Below, piece after piece: positions 20,236 through 29,332 of a DNA stretch of 64,000 nt; position 1 is the first letter of the stretch, and each line of letters begins with the position of its first letter. The notes under the pieces are model-generated. The model saw only the letters and a list, made by a program, of their open reading frames with translations, was not told where the DNA came from and did no database searches. The position numbers were made by a program, and so were the translations under genes. The stretch is from an uncultured bacterium (GTDB lineage Bacteria; Chloroflexota; UBA5177; JANWHV01): positions 15,660-79,659 of the forward strand of contig CAWHAE010000005.1 in NCBI GenBank assembly GCA_963827235.1, given 5' to 3'.

Positions 20236-21169
20236 GCCCGGAGCCACTGACCACGGCGATCGCGATCGCCGCCCACATGAGGATGCACACCTGCAGGGGC
20301 CGGTCGTGCAAGAGCATCTCCTCCGGGCTGCCGCCCTGGTCACGCTCGTGCGCGAGGTACAGGTAGCGGAACACGCCGTAGACGGCGAAGGGCACCGTGA
20401 CCATCATCTGGTGATTCGATGGCAGGTTCGCCGCGGTGAACGTGTAAAGCGAGTAGGAGACGATGATGGACGACGACACGATGGTGATCAATTGATCGAC
20501 GAGCTCCAGACTGTATTCGCCCAGGTTGCGCCGGTGAACAGCCGCCTGATCCTCCAGCTCGATCAACTCACCGCGACGCTTGCCGAGAGCGAGAAACAGG
20601 CCGCCCAGGATCGTGCACAGGTAGAGCCAGACCGATATCTCCACGCGTATCGCCACGGCGCCGGCCGCGGCGCGAATTACGTAGCCAAGGGCGATGGCGA
20701 ACACGTCCAGCAGCACCTCGTGCTTCAGGTAGAAGACGTAGCCCAACTGCAGCACCATGTACGCCGCGGCGGCCTCGAGGAACGAGAAGTCCAGGCCGGC
20801 ACTCAAGGCCAGGCTGGCGCCTCCGATCGCTACCGCGGCCACCTGCGCGGTGCGCACGGGCAGCCGTCCGGAGGCAACAGGGCGAAATCGCTTCGTAGGA
20901 TGCAGGCGGTCCTGCTCCACGTCCAGCGAATCGTTCAGCAGATATACCGTGCCCGAGAGGGTGCAGAACAACAGCACGCAGGCGAGCATCCTGACGTCGG
21001 ACGTGACGTCCCGGAAGCGATCGGCCATCACGAGCGCAGCCGCGCACAGCAAGTTCTTGGTCCACTGCCGCGGGCGCATCGCCTTCAGTATCAGGACCGG
21101 CATGGCGTATGCCGGCGCGGCGGCTTCGGGAACGGCCACCGTTCGCTCCTGCCTCTTGGTCATTTCCAT
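20225..21169 (-). CDS. UbiA-family prenyltransferase (decaprenyl-phosphate phosphoribosyltransferase-like)
   Basis: RPRQWTKN, YLLND..D...DRLHP.KR.RP.ASG, LFLALGKRR.E, YGVFRY. Confidence 0.9.
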   Translation of the reverse strand: MEMTKRQERTVAVPEAAAPAYAMPVLILKAMRPRQWTKNLLCAAALVMADRFRDVTSDVRMLACVLLFCTLSGTVYLLNDSLDVEQDRLHPTKRFRPVASGRLPVRTAQVAAVAIGGASLALSAGLDFSFLEAAAAYMVLQLGYVFYLKHEVLLDVFAIALGYVIRAAAGAVAIRVEISVWLYLCTILGGLFLALGKRRGELIELEDQAAVHRRNLGEYSLELVDQLITIVSSSIIVSYSLYTFTAANLPSNHQMMVTVPFAVYGVFRYLYLAHERDQGGSPEEMLLHDRPLQVCILMWAAIAIAVVSGSGHGP

Positions 21170-21533
21170 CTCATGTCCCCAGTACGGTGTCCCTTCACCT
21201 CGCGTGCCGGGACCGCCGGCCGCGCGGCGAACAAATCGGCCCAGGCATTCGCCCCTCGGCCGGAACACACATGCATAGTACTATTAGGGCTTGCCTCTAG
21301 CTATGACCCTATGCGGGCATCGATCACTCGCGCCAGGGCACCAAATTCCCCGGCGACTGCTGCCGCCGGTACCAGGAAACCGCGAGAAGAATGAAACGGT
21401 GCGACGGGCGCGCAGAGCTGCAGCCCTCCGCGCACCCACCTGTCGTAGCGCAAGATAGGTCACGTGTTCGTATACAATGTGAGGACGTGCAACGCGTAGG
21501 GGCGGTGAGAATGTCGTCGTGGTAGCGATTACG

Positions 21534-22439
21534 ATGCTCGGCCGAACACACCTCGCGTTCGCCGTGGGTACGTCGGTGCCTGTAGTCGTCCTGACCGGGA
21601 TCGCCCCGAGTCCGGGAGGCATGTGCCATCACCTCACCTACTCGCTCGACGGCCCGCGTGTGCTCAGCCTGCCGGCCCTCAGCGCCGCTGTCTGGATCGC
21701 GCTGGTCGCCGCCGCTGCCCTGGGCGGGCTGTTGCCCGACATCGATCAGCCCGGGTCGCTGGTCACGCGGTTTCCTGCCAACCAGACTCGTGCCCTTCAG
21801 CGGGCCGGAGCCGGCGTGTTTCCGGGTGCCCAGGGAGCTGTGACACGCCCGGCGTTCGCCGCGTCTGCCGCGGCAGGCCGTCTGGCCGCCGCCGTGCTCG
21901 GCGGTTACGCGGGACGCCTGGATCGCCTGTTTGTCTTCCTGCTCTGGCTGCTGGCGCTCCTGGCGACCGGCGAGGCGATCGTGGCGCGCTGGCTGCCGCC
22001 TGCCGGCCTGCTGGACTGGCCGGTGCAGTGGCGGCACGTCTACGCACTTACCGTGGGCACGCTCGCGGCACTCGCCGCGCTGGTAGCGGCCGGGGGCGTC
22101 TCCGGGCTCGTCCACCGCCTGCCGGGGCATCATCGCGGCTGGACGCACGCACCGCCTACTGCTATCGTGCTCGGCGCGGTCTGCGTTCCGCTGGGGCCGG
22201 TCCTCGCCCCTGCCCTGCCCGGCATCGGAGCAGCGTTCGCCCTCGGTTATATCTCGCACCTGGTAGCAGATGCCCTCACGCTGCGCGGCATACCACTGTG
22301 GTGGCCGGGGGACTCGCAGCCCAGTCTGCACCTGCTCCCGCCGTTTCTGCGCGTGCGAACGGGCAGCGGCGGCGAATCGCTCTTCAACCTGTGCTGGCCG
22401 GTCGCGGTGGCAGCAGCCATCGTAGTCGGCGGCCGGTAG
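21534..22439 (+). CDS. YdjM-family membrane-bound metal-dependent hydrolase
   Basis: M.GRTH, LPDID, HRGWTH, GYISHL.AD.LT..G.PL; -10 TACAAT at 21473. Confidence 0.88.
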   Translation: MLGRTHLAFAVGTSVPVVVLTGIAPSPGGMCHHLTYSLDGPRVLSLPALSAAVWIALVAAAALGGLLPDIDQPGSLVTRFPANQTRALQRAGAGVFPGAQGAVTRPAFAASAAAGRLAAAVLGGYAGRLDRLFVFLLWLLALLATGEAIVARWLPPAGLLDWPVQWRHVYALTVGTLAALAALVAAGGVSGLVHRLPGHHRGWTHAPPTAIVLGAVCVPLGPVLAPALPGIGAAFALGYISHLVADALTLRGIPLWWPGDSQPSLHLLPPFLRVRTGSGGESLFNLCWPVAVAAAIVVGGR

Positions 22440-22459
22440 GCGCCGTAACCAAGCGACGG

Positions 22460-22508
22460 TGTGGACAACCGGCTGCCAATTGCACAGGTCGACCGGCAGT
22501 TGTCCACA
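22460..22508. promoter_or_regulatory. Pair of inverted DnaA-type boxes (TTGTCCACA)
   Basis: TGTGGACAA 22460-22468 and TTGTCCACA 22500-22508; weaker AATTGCACA 22478-22486; could instead be an RNA hairpin. Confidence 0.5.
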
Positions 22509-22637
22509 ACACCACTTTCGGCAAGTGTTGGCAGGCGCCACAATGCCCCTATCGAGATCGCGGAGCTATTGATCGTAAGGCCCGAGGCCCACGAGTCGCA
22601 GGCGGCAACCGCCAGCAAGGAACGAAGGGTGCAGGCG

Positions 22638-22841
22638 ATGACAATCCTCGAGGTTGAACGCAAGCCCGTCGAGTCCGCGCTTCAGAAGCGGCTCCGCCGC
22701 ATACCGGCCGGTCAGCGGGAGACGATAACCGGCTCGTTCCATTCGGTTCTGGGTAGACGCATCTACGCCTTCGACGTTGCTCTTCCGCGTCAGGCTGAGC
22801 CCGCGCACCGGCGACAGTTGTCGATCAACGTTCTCACCTAA
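22638..22841 (+). CDS. Small hypothetical protein (67 aa)
   Basis: ATG after purine-rich AAGGG/CAGG; fills the gap and is followed by a hairpin. Confidence 0.45.
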   Translation: MTILEVERKPVESALQKRLRRIPAGQRETITGSFHSVLGRRIYAFDVALPRQAEPAHRRQLSINVLT

Positions 22842-22867
22842 CTCCTGATAGCCCTCCCTGCGGTCCA

Positions 22868-22897
22868 TCAGCGCCTCGGCCTGCTCCGAGGCGCTGA
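22868..22897. terminator. 12-bp perfect hairpin between convergent genes
   Basis: TCAGCGCCTCGG-cctgct-CCGAGGCGCTGA. Confidence 0.6.
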
Positions 22898-22940
22898 CCT
22901 ATCTTCAGGGCAGTGCCGTTCACCCAGGCCCGTCCGATTC

Positions 22941-24878
22941 TCAGGAAGCGGGCCGCGCCGGTCGCAGATAGCGCCTGAAGAAGGCGCCAATAGCCTGGTA
23001 ACAGGCAACGCGATTCTCGTGCTTCAGCACGTCGTGTCCTTCGTTCTCGAAGAGCAGATACTCCACGTCGCGACCCTTCGCCCGCAGAGAGTCCACGACG
23101 GCGCGCGACTCCGATTCCACCACCCGTGGATCGTTCTTGCCCTGAATGACCAGCATAGGGCACGAGAGATCGTCGATGTAGGTGATGGGAGACCGCTCGA
23201 CCAGAAAGTCGCGATCGCGCACGACGTCGCCGAGCGCGATCTGGAACTGCGGCTTCCATGTGGCCGGAATGTGGTCCAGGAAGGTAAGCAGATCGACCGG
23301 ACCGGACATATCCACGGCCGCGGCCCACAGCTCAGGATGCCTCGCTGCCAGGGTGAGAGTCATGTATCCGCCATACGAGCGCCCTATGACCCCGGCCCGG
23401 CTCAGATCGATCCGAGGATCGCCGCCCAGCACCCGCATGGCGTGCACGTGGTCGTGGCGATCGTCGCCGCCCCAATCGCGATCGACCTTCGTCATGTACG
23501 AAAGGCCATAACCGGTGCTGCCCCGAACGTTGGGCACGAAGACGCCAAAGCCGCTGAGGGCGAGGAGCTGGATCAGCGGCATGGAAAACCACGCGAAGTC
23601 CGGCCGTTCCTGGCTCTGCGGCCCGCCGTGAATGTAGTAGACCAGAGGGTAAGGCGCCGAGTAGCCCAGGGCCGGCGCGGGCAGATAGAGCCGCGCGGAG
23701 ATGCGGAGGCCGTCGAACGACGTGAACGAGGCGTCCTCGCCGGCCGAGAGGTGTGCTCGCGGCAGTCCAAGCACCCGCTCATGCGTGACCTGGCGTACGC
23801 TCCAGCCGGCGCCGCGGTCGACGACGTAGATCTGGGTCGGCGAGGTCGCGCTGGAAAACGACATGGCGATGCGATCGCCCGCCCTGTCATAGCTGGCGGA
23901 CTCCAGCACGCCGCTGGCCGACGGCTCGGCGCCGCACAGCGTCCGCGTGAGGGTCATAGTACGCGCCGCGGCATCGTAGCTGCCTTCATAGAGCCACGAG
24001 CTGCCATCGATGTTGTAACCCACGAGGTACTGGTCGCCGGTCAGCCGTTCAATCGAGCACAGTGTGCCCCTGCCAGAGTGACGTACGTTCAGGATGCGCA
24101 CCGGGTCGATCATGTGCGAGGCGCCCGCATGCAGACGCCCCAGACCGTAGGCATCGTCGAAGATGCTCGTCACGCACAGGAAGTCGTTCTGGTCACTGGT
24201 GAAAGATCCGGCGCTGAAGCCGGTGAGCGACGATTCCCTCGACGGACCGCGTTCGTCCAGAGGCGTGCCAAACAGGAGCTGCGACCCCGTGCGCGCGCCG
24301 TCCCACACGCACAGCGTGGCATCGCCGCCCGAATACTGCTCGATCAAGACCGCCCGAGCGTTGTCGTCCGTCCACGCCGCGACCCGGAGACTGTGCTGGC
24401 TGGCGAGCATGGGCGTGAGCTCGAGCGTGCGAAGGTCGCCTCTGAACGCCGTGCACAGCGATTGCCGGAGCATCTCGGAGACCAGGTACACAATCCCCTG
24501 CGCGCTATCGGCGCCGGCGAGATGCACGCGGCAGTCCGCAAGCTGATCGCCGAATGCGGGTTCCGGGATGCCTCCCTCCAGGGGAATGAGCATCGGCTGG
24601 TAGTTCTCGTCGCCGTCGCGATCGATCATCACGCAGACGACGCCAAGCTCAGGGAACACGCGGTACAGGTCACCGCCCACCAGCTCCGGATTCTGCAGCG
24701 CGATGCCGGGCGGGAGTAGCGGCTCGGGCACGCCGCCGCCCGCGTCCATAACGTACAGGCTCAGGCGCCCACTCATGTTGCTGACGAAGTACAGTCGATC
24801 GCCGGCAAGCCGTGGCACGAGGAACAGCCGTGCAGACAGTAGTGCTTCAACCAGTGTCACCGACGCCGCCCCTCCCAT
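22941..24878 (-). CDS. S9 family peptidase (prolyl oligopeptidase/acylaminoacyl peptidase)
   Basis: IHGGP, PNVRGSTGYG, GRSYGGY nucleophile, QGKNDPRV, EGH. Confidence 0.93.
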   Translation of the reverse strand: MGGAASVTLVEALLSARLFLVPRLAGDRLYFVSNMSGRLSLYVMDAGGGVPEPLLPPGIALQNPELVGGDLYRVFPELGVVCVMIDRDGDENYQPMLIPLEGGIPEPAFGDQLADCRVHLAGADSAQGIVYLVSEMLRQSLCTAFRGDLRTLELTPMLASQHSLRVAAWTDDNARAVLIEQYSGGDATLCVWDGARTGSQLLFGTPLDERGPSRESSLTGFSAGSFTSDQNDFLCVTSIFDDAYGLGRLHAGASHMIDPVRILNVRHSGRGTLCSIERLTGDQYLVGYNIDGSSWLYEGSYDAAARTMTLTRTLCGAEPSASGVLESASYDRAGDRIAMSFSSATSPTQIYVVDRGAGWSVRQVTHERVLGLPRAHLSAGEDASFTSFDGLRISARLYLPAPALGYSAPYPLVYYIHGGPQSQERPDFAWFSMPLIQLLALSGFGVFVPNVRGSTGYGLSYMTKVDRDWGGDDRHDHVHAMRVLGGDPRIDLSRAGVIGRSYGGYMTLTLAARHPELWAAAVDMSGPVDLLTFLDHIPATWKPQFQIALGDVVRDRDFLVERSPITYIDDLSCPMLVIQGKNDPRVVESESRAVVDSLRAKGRDVEYLLFENEGHDVLKHENRVACYQAIGAFFRRYLRPARPAS

Positions 24879-24937
24879 GTTTCTCAGGAGATGCGCGCCG
24901 CGAGCGATCTCCTGAGCCTGACACTACATCCTTCCGG

Positions 24938-26131
24938 CTATATCTTCACATAGGTGTGAATCGTGGCTGCCTTCTGCCCCTTATTCACCCAGGTGGTGAA
25001 GTACGTGCTTTGCTGGGTCGACGAGGCCCGCTGGCCCAGCACCTGGATCACGTGCCAGCCATAGGTCGACTTCACGGGATCGCTCACCTGGCCGATCTTG
25101 AGCTTGAAGGCGGCATCGGCAAATTGCTGTACCATGTCGCTCTGCTGGAACCAGCCCAGATCGCCTCCCTGCTTGGCACTGCCCGTGTCGGTCGAGTATT
25201 TCTTGGCGTACGCCGCGAAGTCGGACCCCTTGTCCGCCTGCAGGTGTTTTGCCACTTGCTCGGCCAGCTTTTGATCGGAGGCCTTGAACAGTATGTGCCG
25301 TGCGTGTCGCTCGCCGCATGGGTTGCACGGAGTGTTGGCCGTCACCTTGGTCATCACGGACTGGATAGCTGCCGACGAATACGCGATCTCGTTGACGTCG
25401 GCGGGCGTGAACCCTTCGCTCGCCGCCAATTTCAAGAAGGCAGCCTTGCCGTTGCTCTGGCTGTAATACCCGTTCAGCACCGTGTCTACCTGTTTTTGTG
25501 TAGGCAGCAAATGATGGTCGCGTGCGTAGGCCACGACCACGTAGTTCTTGATCAGACTGTCGAGAACCTGCTGGCGAGCCTGCTTCACAGCCACCTTGCC
25601 CGCTGTCGTGCGCACGTCAATCGCTTTGATCGTCGCGCCGGTCGTAGCATCCTGGTGGTCCATCTGCAGTTGATCGATCTCCGAGTTGCTGTAATCCACA
25701 TAGAGGCTCATGGAAATCGTCTCGCCGTTCACCACGGCGGCAACACCGGCCTTGGATGTGAGCGGCGTCGCGACCTTGATCGGCGTGCTGGTCGGAAGAG
25801 GGGTGGCGCTTGGAGTCACGGGGACGGTGGTCGCCGTCGCCGTCGGAGCAGCAACTGCCGTGTTTGAATTGTGCACCTTGGCCACGACCAGTGCCACCAG
25901 GAGCGCCACCAGCGCCACCAGCGCCACGGCTGGCACGATGTACGGATTCATTGCGTGGCTGTCGTCCACGCGCGTGCGCCGGCCCGGCACGTAGCCAGAG
26001 GTAGGCGCCGGACGCGGCCTGCGGGTATGCCGCTGCGTGGTCAGTGGCGCTTTGCTGGGCTGTTCATCCAGGTTGCCACGGGGTTCGTCACCCTGATCGC
26101 CAAGCTGATCGTGGCTCTCGTCGTCGGGCAT
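24938..26131 (-). CDS. Membrane-anchored parvulin peptidylprolyl isomerase (PrsA/SurA-like)
   Basis: One TM, AAVVNGETI, ARHIL, AKKYSTD.GS..QGGDLGW, F..AAF, PVKS.YGWHVI. Confidence 0.92.
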   Translation of the reverse strand: MPDDESHDQLGDQGDEPRGNLDEQPSKAPLTTQRHTRRPRPAPTSGYVPGRRTRVDDSHAMNPYIVPAVALVALVALLVALVVAKVHNSNTAVAAPTATATTVPVTPSATPLPTSTPIKVATPLTSKAGVAAVVNGETISMSLYVDYSNSEIDQLQMDHQDATTGATIKAIDVRTTAGKVAVKQARQQVLDSLIKNYVVVAYARDHHLLPTQKQVDTVLNGYYSQSNGKAAFLKLAASEGFTPADVNEIAYSSAAIQSVMTKVTANTPCNPCGERHARHILFKASDQKLAEQVAKHLQADKGSDFAAYAKKYSTDTGSAKQGGDLGWFQQSDMVQQFADAAFKLKIGQVSDPVKSTYGWHVIQVLGQRASSTQQSTYFTTWVNKGQKAATIHTYVKI

Positions 26132-26572
26132 GCTCCTACTCCATCGTTACCATCGTCGTTGCCGGCCAGGCGCGTTGTAAGTGTAACCGGACGGCACCTA
26201 TCCCCGCCAGCAAGCGGGCTGATCCGCTGATCCTGGGATCGCCTCCCAATTGCTGCCGGTGATTACTCCTGCACTGAGGCCACGACGAGATCTACACGCC
26301 GCGACGATGCCCAGGGATTCATCCCGCCTGTGGCCGCAGGCCATATCGCTTCATCCCGGCGTTACTTACGGCTCTCCAAGGGCGGCGTGAAAACCGCCCG
26401 TGCGCGTTTCACCGATTCTTGAGTATAGGGGCAAGCCAGCGAAAGGCCGCGCGTCTCTCGCTCCCCCGTCCGCCTGACATACAAAGGAGGATAAGAGGTG
26501 CGATGCCGCGCCCGGTGTTGGGACCGAGCATCCTGCCAGCCCGCCCCTCATCTCACCAAGGTAGGCGAAAGA

Positions 26573-27076
26573 CTACGGAAGCTTTGAGCCGCAGGATCCG
26601 CAGAAGCGCCTGCCCGGAGCATCGGTCTCGCCACACGTCGGGCAGGTCACCGGCTCGGGCTCAGATTGGTCGGTCTCAGCGGCCGGAAGCGCCGGCTGCG
26701 GCTGGCCGAGCAACCTCACGGGCTCCTCGATCACCTCGATCGCAGGCGGGGCAGTGTCCTGCTCCAGATCCGCGTCTCCGGCGATCGCACCGCCCGCAGC
26801 CAATTGCTCGATCAGCGCTCGCTGCCTGGCGATCGCGGCAGTCGTGCCCTCCAGGGCCTGGCAGATGTCGTCCAGCCAGCGCGGACACGGTTGTCCGGCC
26901 TTCCAGAGCTTGAACATCTCCTCGCCGATCTGGGCCCTGAGCGAGAGGGCGTCGGCACGAAGCTCGGCCATGACCTTGCGTTCGGTTACTAGCTGCTGTT
27001 GCTGGACCGCGGCTGCCATAGCCTGTCGGCCGGCCGCACCAACCTTACCGGCTGCCTTGAGCACATCCATCGGCAT
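26573..27076 (-). CDS. Coiled-coil protein with C-terminal zinc ribbon
   Basis: Helical N-terminus with IG...F..WK; CPTCG...FCGSCGSKL. Confidence 0.8.
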   Translation of the reverse strand: MPMDVLKAAGKVGAAGRQAMAAAVQQQQLVTERKVMAELRADALSLRAQIGEEMFKLWKAGQPCPRWLDDICQALEGTTAAIARQRALIEQLAAGGAIAGDADLEQDTAPPAIEVIEEPVRLLGQPQPALPAAETDQSEPEPVTCPTCGETDAPGRRFCGSCGSKLP

Positions 27077-27079
27077 ACC

Positions 27080-27604
27080 TCACTCCACGCGCATGCCGCA
27101 CATCGGGCAATACTGCTGGCCGGCCGGGACCTCGGCCAAGCACTCGGAACAGCACCTCGCGTCGCCTGCGCCGGCTAATCCGCGTTCCGCGCCATCCGCG
27201 CCCCGTGCCGCCACGGGGAACAACGGTTGGGGCTCCGGCGGCATCGGCAGCGAGGGGCTCAGGCCGGCAGCCCCAGGCCGCATGGCAGGCACTGCCGCCC
27301 AAGCCTTGAGATCGGCGAGCTCGCCGAGCAGGCGCTGGTAGTCGCCGTTGAGTTCGTCGATCGAACGGCATAGCTCGTCCATGGCGGCCGACCAGTCGGC
27401 GGCGCTGTTCTTCCACTGCTGAAAGGCCAGCTTCCCCAGTTCCGAGACTCGCTGCTCCAGCCGAGCCCGCAGGTCTCCGAGACGCTCCTCCAGAGCCGCG
27501 ATCTCCGCGGCGGCGCGTACTCGCCGCGCCGCTTGCTGCGTCTCTGCGGTCGCACGGGACAGCACTCGGTCCAGCAGATCTGCTGCACGGTCGAGGATGC
27601 TCAT
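27080..27604 (-). CDS. Coiled-coil protein with C-terminal zinc ribbon (paralog of neighbour)
   Basis: LG..AF..WK; CSEC...YCPMCG; GGGAG RBS. Confidence 0.8.
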   Translation of the reverse strand: MSILDRAADLLDRVLSRATAETQQAARRVRAAAEIAALEERLGDLRARLEQRVSELGKLAFQQWKNSAADWSAAMDELCRSIDELNGDYQRLLGELADLKAWAAVPAMRPGAAGLSPSLPMPPEPQPLFPVAARGADGAERGLAGAGDARCCSECLAEVPAGQQYCPMCGMRVE

Positions 27605-27665
27605 ACTGTCTCCCGCTTCGGTTGATCGGCGCCCGCAGCTCGCTCCCAGACCTTCTCGCACGCTC

Positions 27666-29303
27666 TCAGGCCACGCCGATCACGACGACGGTCGTGTTGT
27701 CATCCGAGCTCTGGTCGACAGCCGTCTGCGCGAGCCTCCCGGCCAGGTTATGCAGCGATGTCTCCCGGCCGAGGGACGATGCAGTCCAGACGTCGTGCCG
27801 CATCGTCTTCCAGTAGCCGTCCGTGCACAGGATCATGTAACTGTCCGGCTCGAGATCCTGCACGTACCAGTCGAACAACTCCTCGACGCGCTCCTCGCCC
27901 ACGGCGTGAAGGATGACGTTGTTTCCCGCCGCCGTGAACATCGCGTCGGCAGGCATCAGGCCGAGCAGGACCTGCTGCTGTACGAGCGATTGGTCTCGCG
28001 TGACCTGACTGACGTCGCTCGAGGGCGACACGTAGTAGGCCCTGCTGTCGCCTATGTTGGCAACGTAAGCCACGCGCCCATAGACGAGCGCGACGACCAG
28101 CGTGGAACCCATCTCACCGTGCCGCGAGATCTCATCCAGCACCTTGCCGTTTGCTTCCGCGATAGCCTCGCGCACGACGACGCGCAGCTCGGCTTCGGTA
28201 AGCTCGGTCGCTCGTTCGACGGCAACGCGCTCGAATATGTGGCTGCCGACCGTGCTCACGATTGCCTTGCTGATCAACCCGCTGCCTGGAGCGTACCCGC
28301 CCATGCCGTCCGCCAGCACGGCCACGCACACAGCCTCGGCCCGGGAGTCGAAGCAGCCGGACATCACCGCCGTCCAGTAGCTATCTTCGTTGGGATGATG
28401 CGGCCCTTCCAAGCTGCACGCGCCTACCTCGACCGCCATGCCGCTGCTGCCGAACTGCTTGCGGCGGTGCAGAACCCGGTAATATGCGCCCGCGTAGGCC
28501 AGTTCGTCCTGCGTGCCGGTTGGTAAGGCGGACTGCGCGAGCACCCATTCCTGCTGCCTGGGTGCTCCGCAATCGACGCAAAACCGTTGCTTGGCGTCGT
28601 GGGCATCATTGTGCGTCGAGCCGCAGGCCCAGCACCGCTCGCCGAAGACCCGATCCTCCACCGCGTACAGGGCCGTCACGTCGGCGGGGACTGGACCGCC
28701 CAGCAGCGTGGTCGCCGACTCGGGCGACAGCTCGCGCAGCACGGTGAAGCGGCCCGCCACGACTGATCCGGGCTGCAATGCCGGCTGATCCTGAGGCGTC
28801 GAGGCTTCGGCGAGAGGGACGGTGTCGCCGTCCTTGCCCGAAGCGGTCGCCGCAGGCGATTGGCCGGCAGCTCCGGCTCCTGCCGGATCCGCGACTGGAC
28901 GAGCGGGCTCGGCGGCCGAGGCATCTGCCTCGAGACCGGCGGGCGCACCATCCGCCTTCTCCGCGGGCTGCTCAGTCGCCGGCGTTTCGGTCGGCACGGA
29001 CACCTCCACGCTACCGGGCGGCGCACCGCCGGCAGTCGAGGCCGAGTCGCCACTGGCGGCTTCCGGCTTGGCGATCTCACGCATGCCATCGGCCGGCGCG
29101 GGCGCCGCGCCGCTGCTCTCAGAACTTCCTTCACCGGATCCCGGCACACGCTCGTCTGGTGGCAGTTCGGATGCCGGCGCTTGACCACCTGTCTCGCTCA
29201 TCGACGTGGCTCCTATGCGCGCACTGTCCAGGCCATTCTTGGCGCCATGCTGATCCGCCTCTCCTCCCGCGCCGCGTGCGAACGCGCGCCAGATCCTGCC
29301 CAT
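27666..29303 (-). CDS. PP2C/PPM Ser/Thr phosphatase with disordered N-terminus and zinc finger
   Basis: NEDS, LADGMGG, MGSTL, NIGDSRAY, LCTDG, DDNTT; CWAC...FCVDCG. Confidence 0.9.
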   Translation of the reverse strand: MGRIWRAFARGAGGEADQHGAKNGLDSARIGATSMSETGGQAPASELPPDERVPGSGEGSSESSGAAPAPADGMREIAKPEAASGDSASTAGGAPPGSVEVSVPTETPATEQPAEKADGAPAGLEADASAAEPARPVADPAGAGAAGQSPAATASGKDGDTVPLAEASTPQDQPALQPGSVVAGRFTVLRELSPESATTLLGGPVPADVTALYAVEDRVFGERCWACGSTHNDAHDAKQRFCVDCGAPRQQEWVLAQSALPTGTQDELAYAGAYYRVLHRRKQFGSSGMAVEVGACSLEGPHHPNEDSYWTAVMSGCFDSRAEAVCVAVLADGMGGYAPGSGLISKAIVSTVGSHIFERVAVERATELTEAELRVVVREAIAEANGKVLDEISRHGEMGSTLVVALVYGRVAYVANIGDSRAYYVSPSSDVSQVTRDQSLVQQQVLLGLMPADAMFTAAGNNVILHAVGEERVEELFDWYVQDLEPDSYMILCTDGYWKTMRHDVWTASSLGRETSLHNLAGRLAQTAVDQSSDDNTTVVVIGVA

Positions 29304-29332
29304 GGTGTTCCTTGCTCGCGATCTACGTGCAG

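Noticed and set aside
26135-26570. Riboswitch or ncRNA upstream of the PPIase gene
   Set aside because: No recognisable conserved motif or convincing fold; only a possible -10 element
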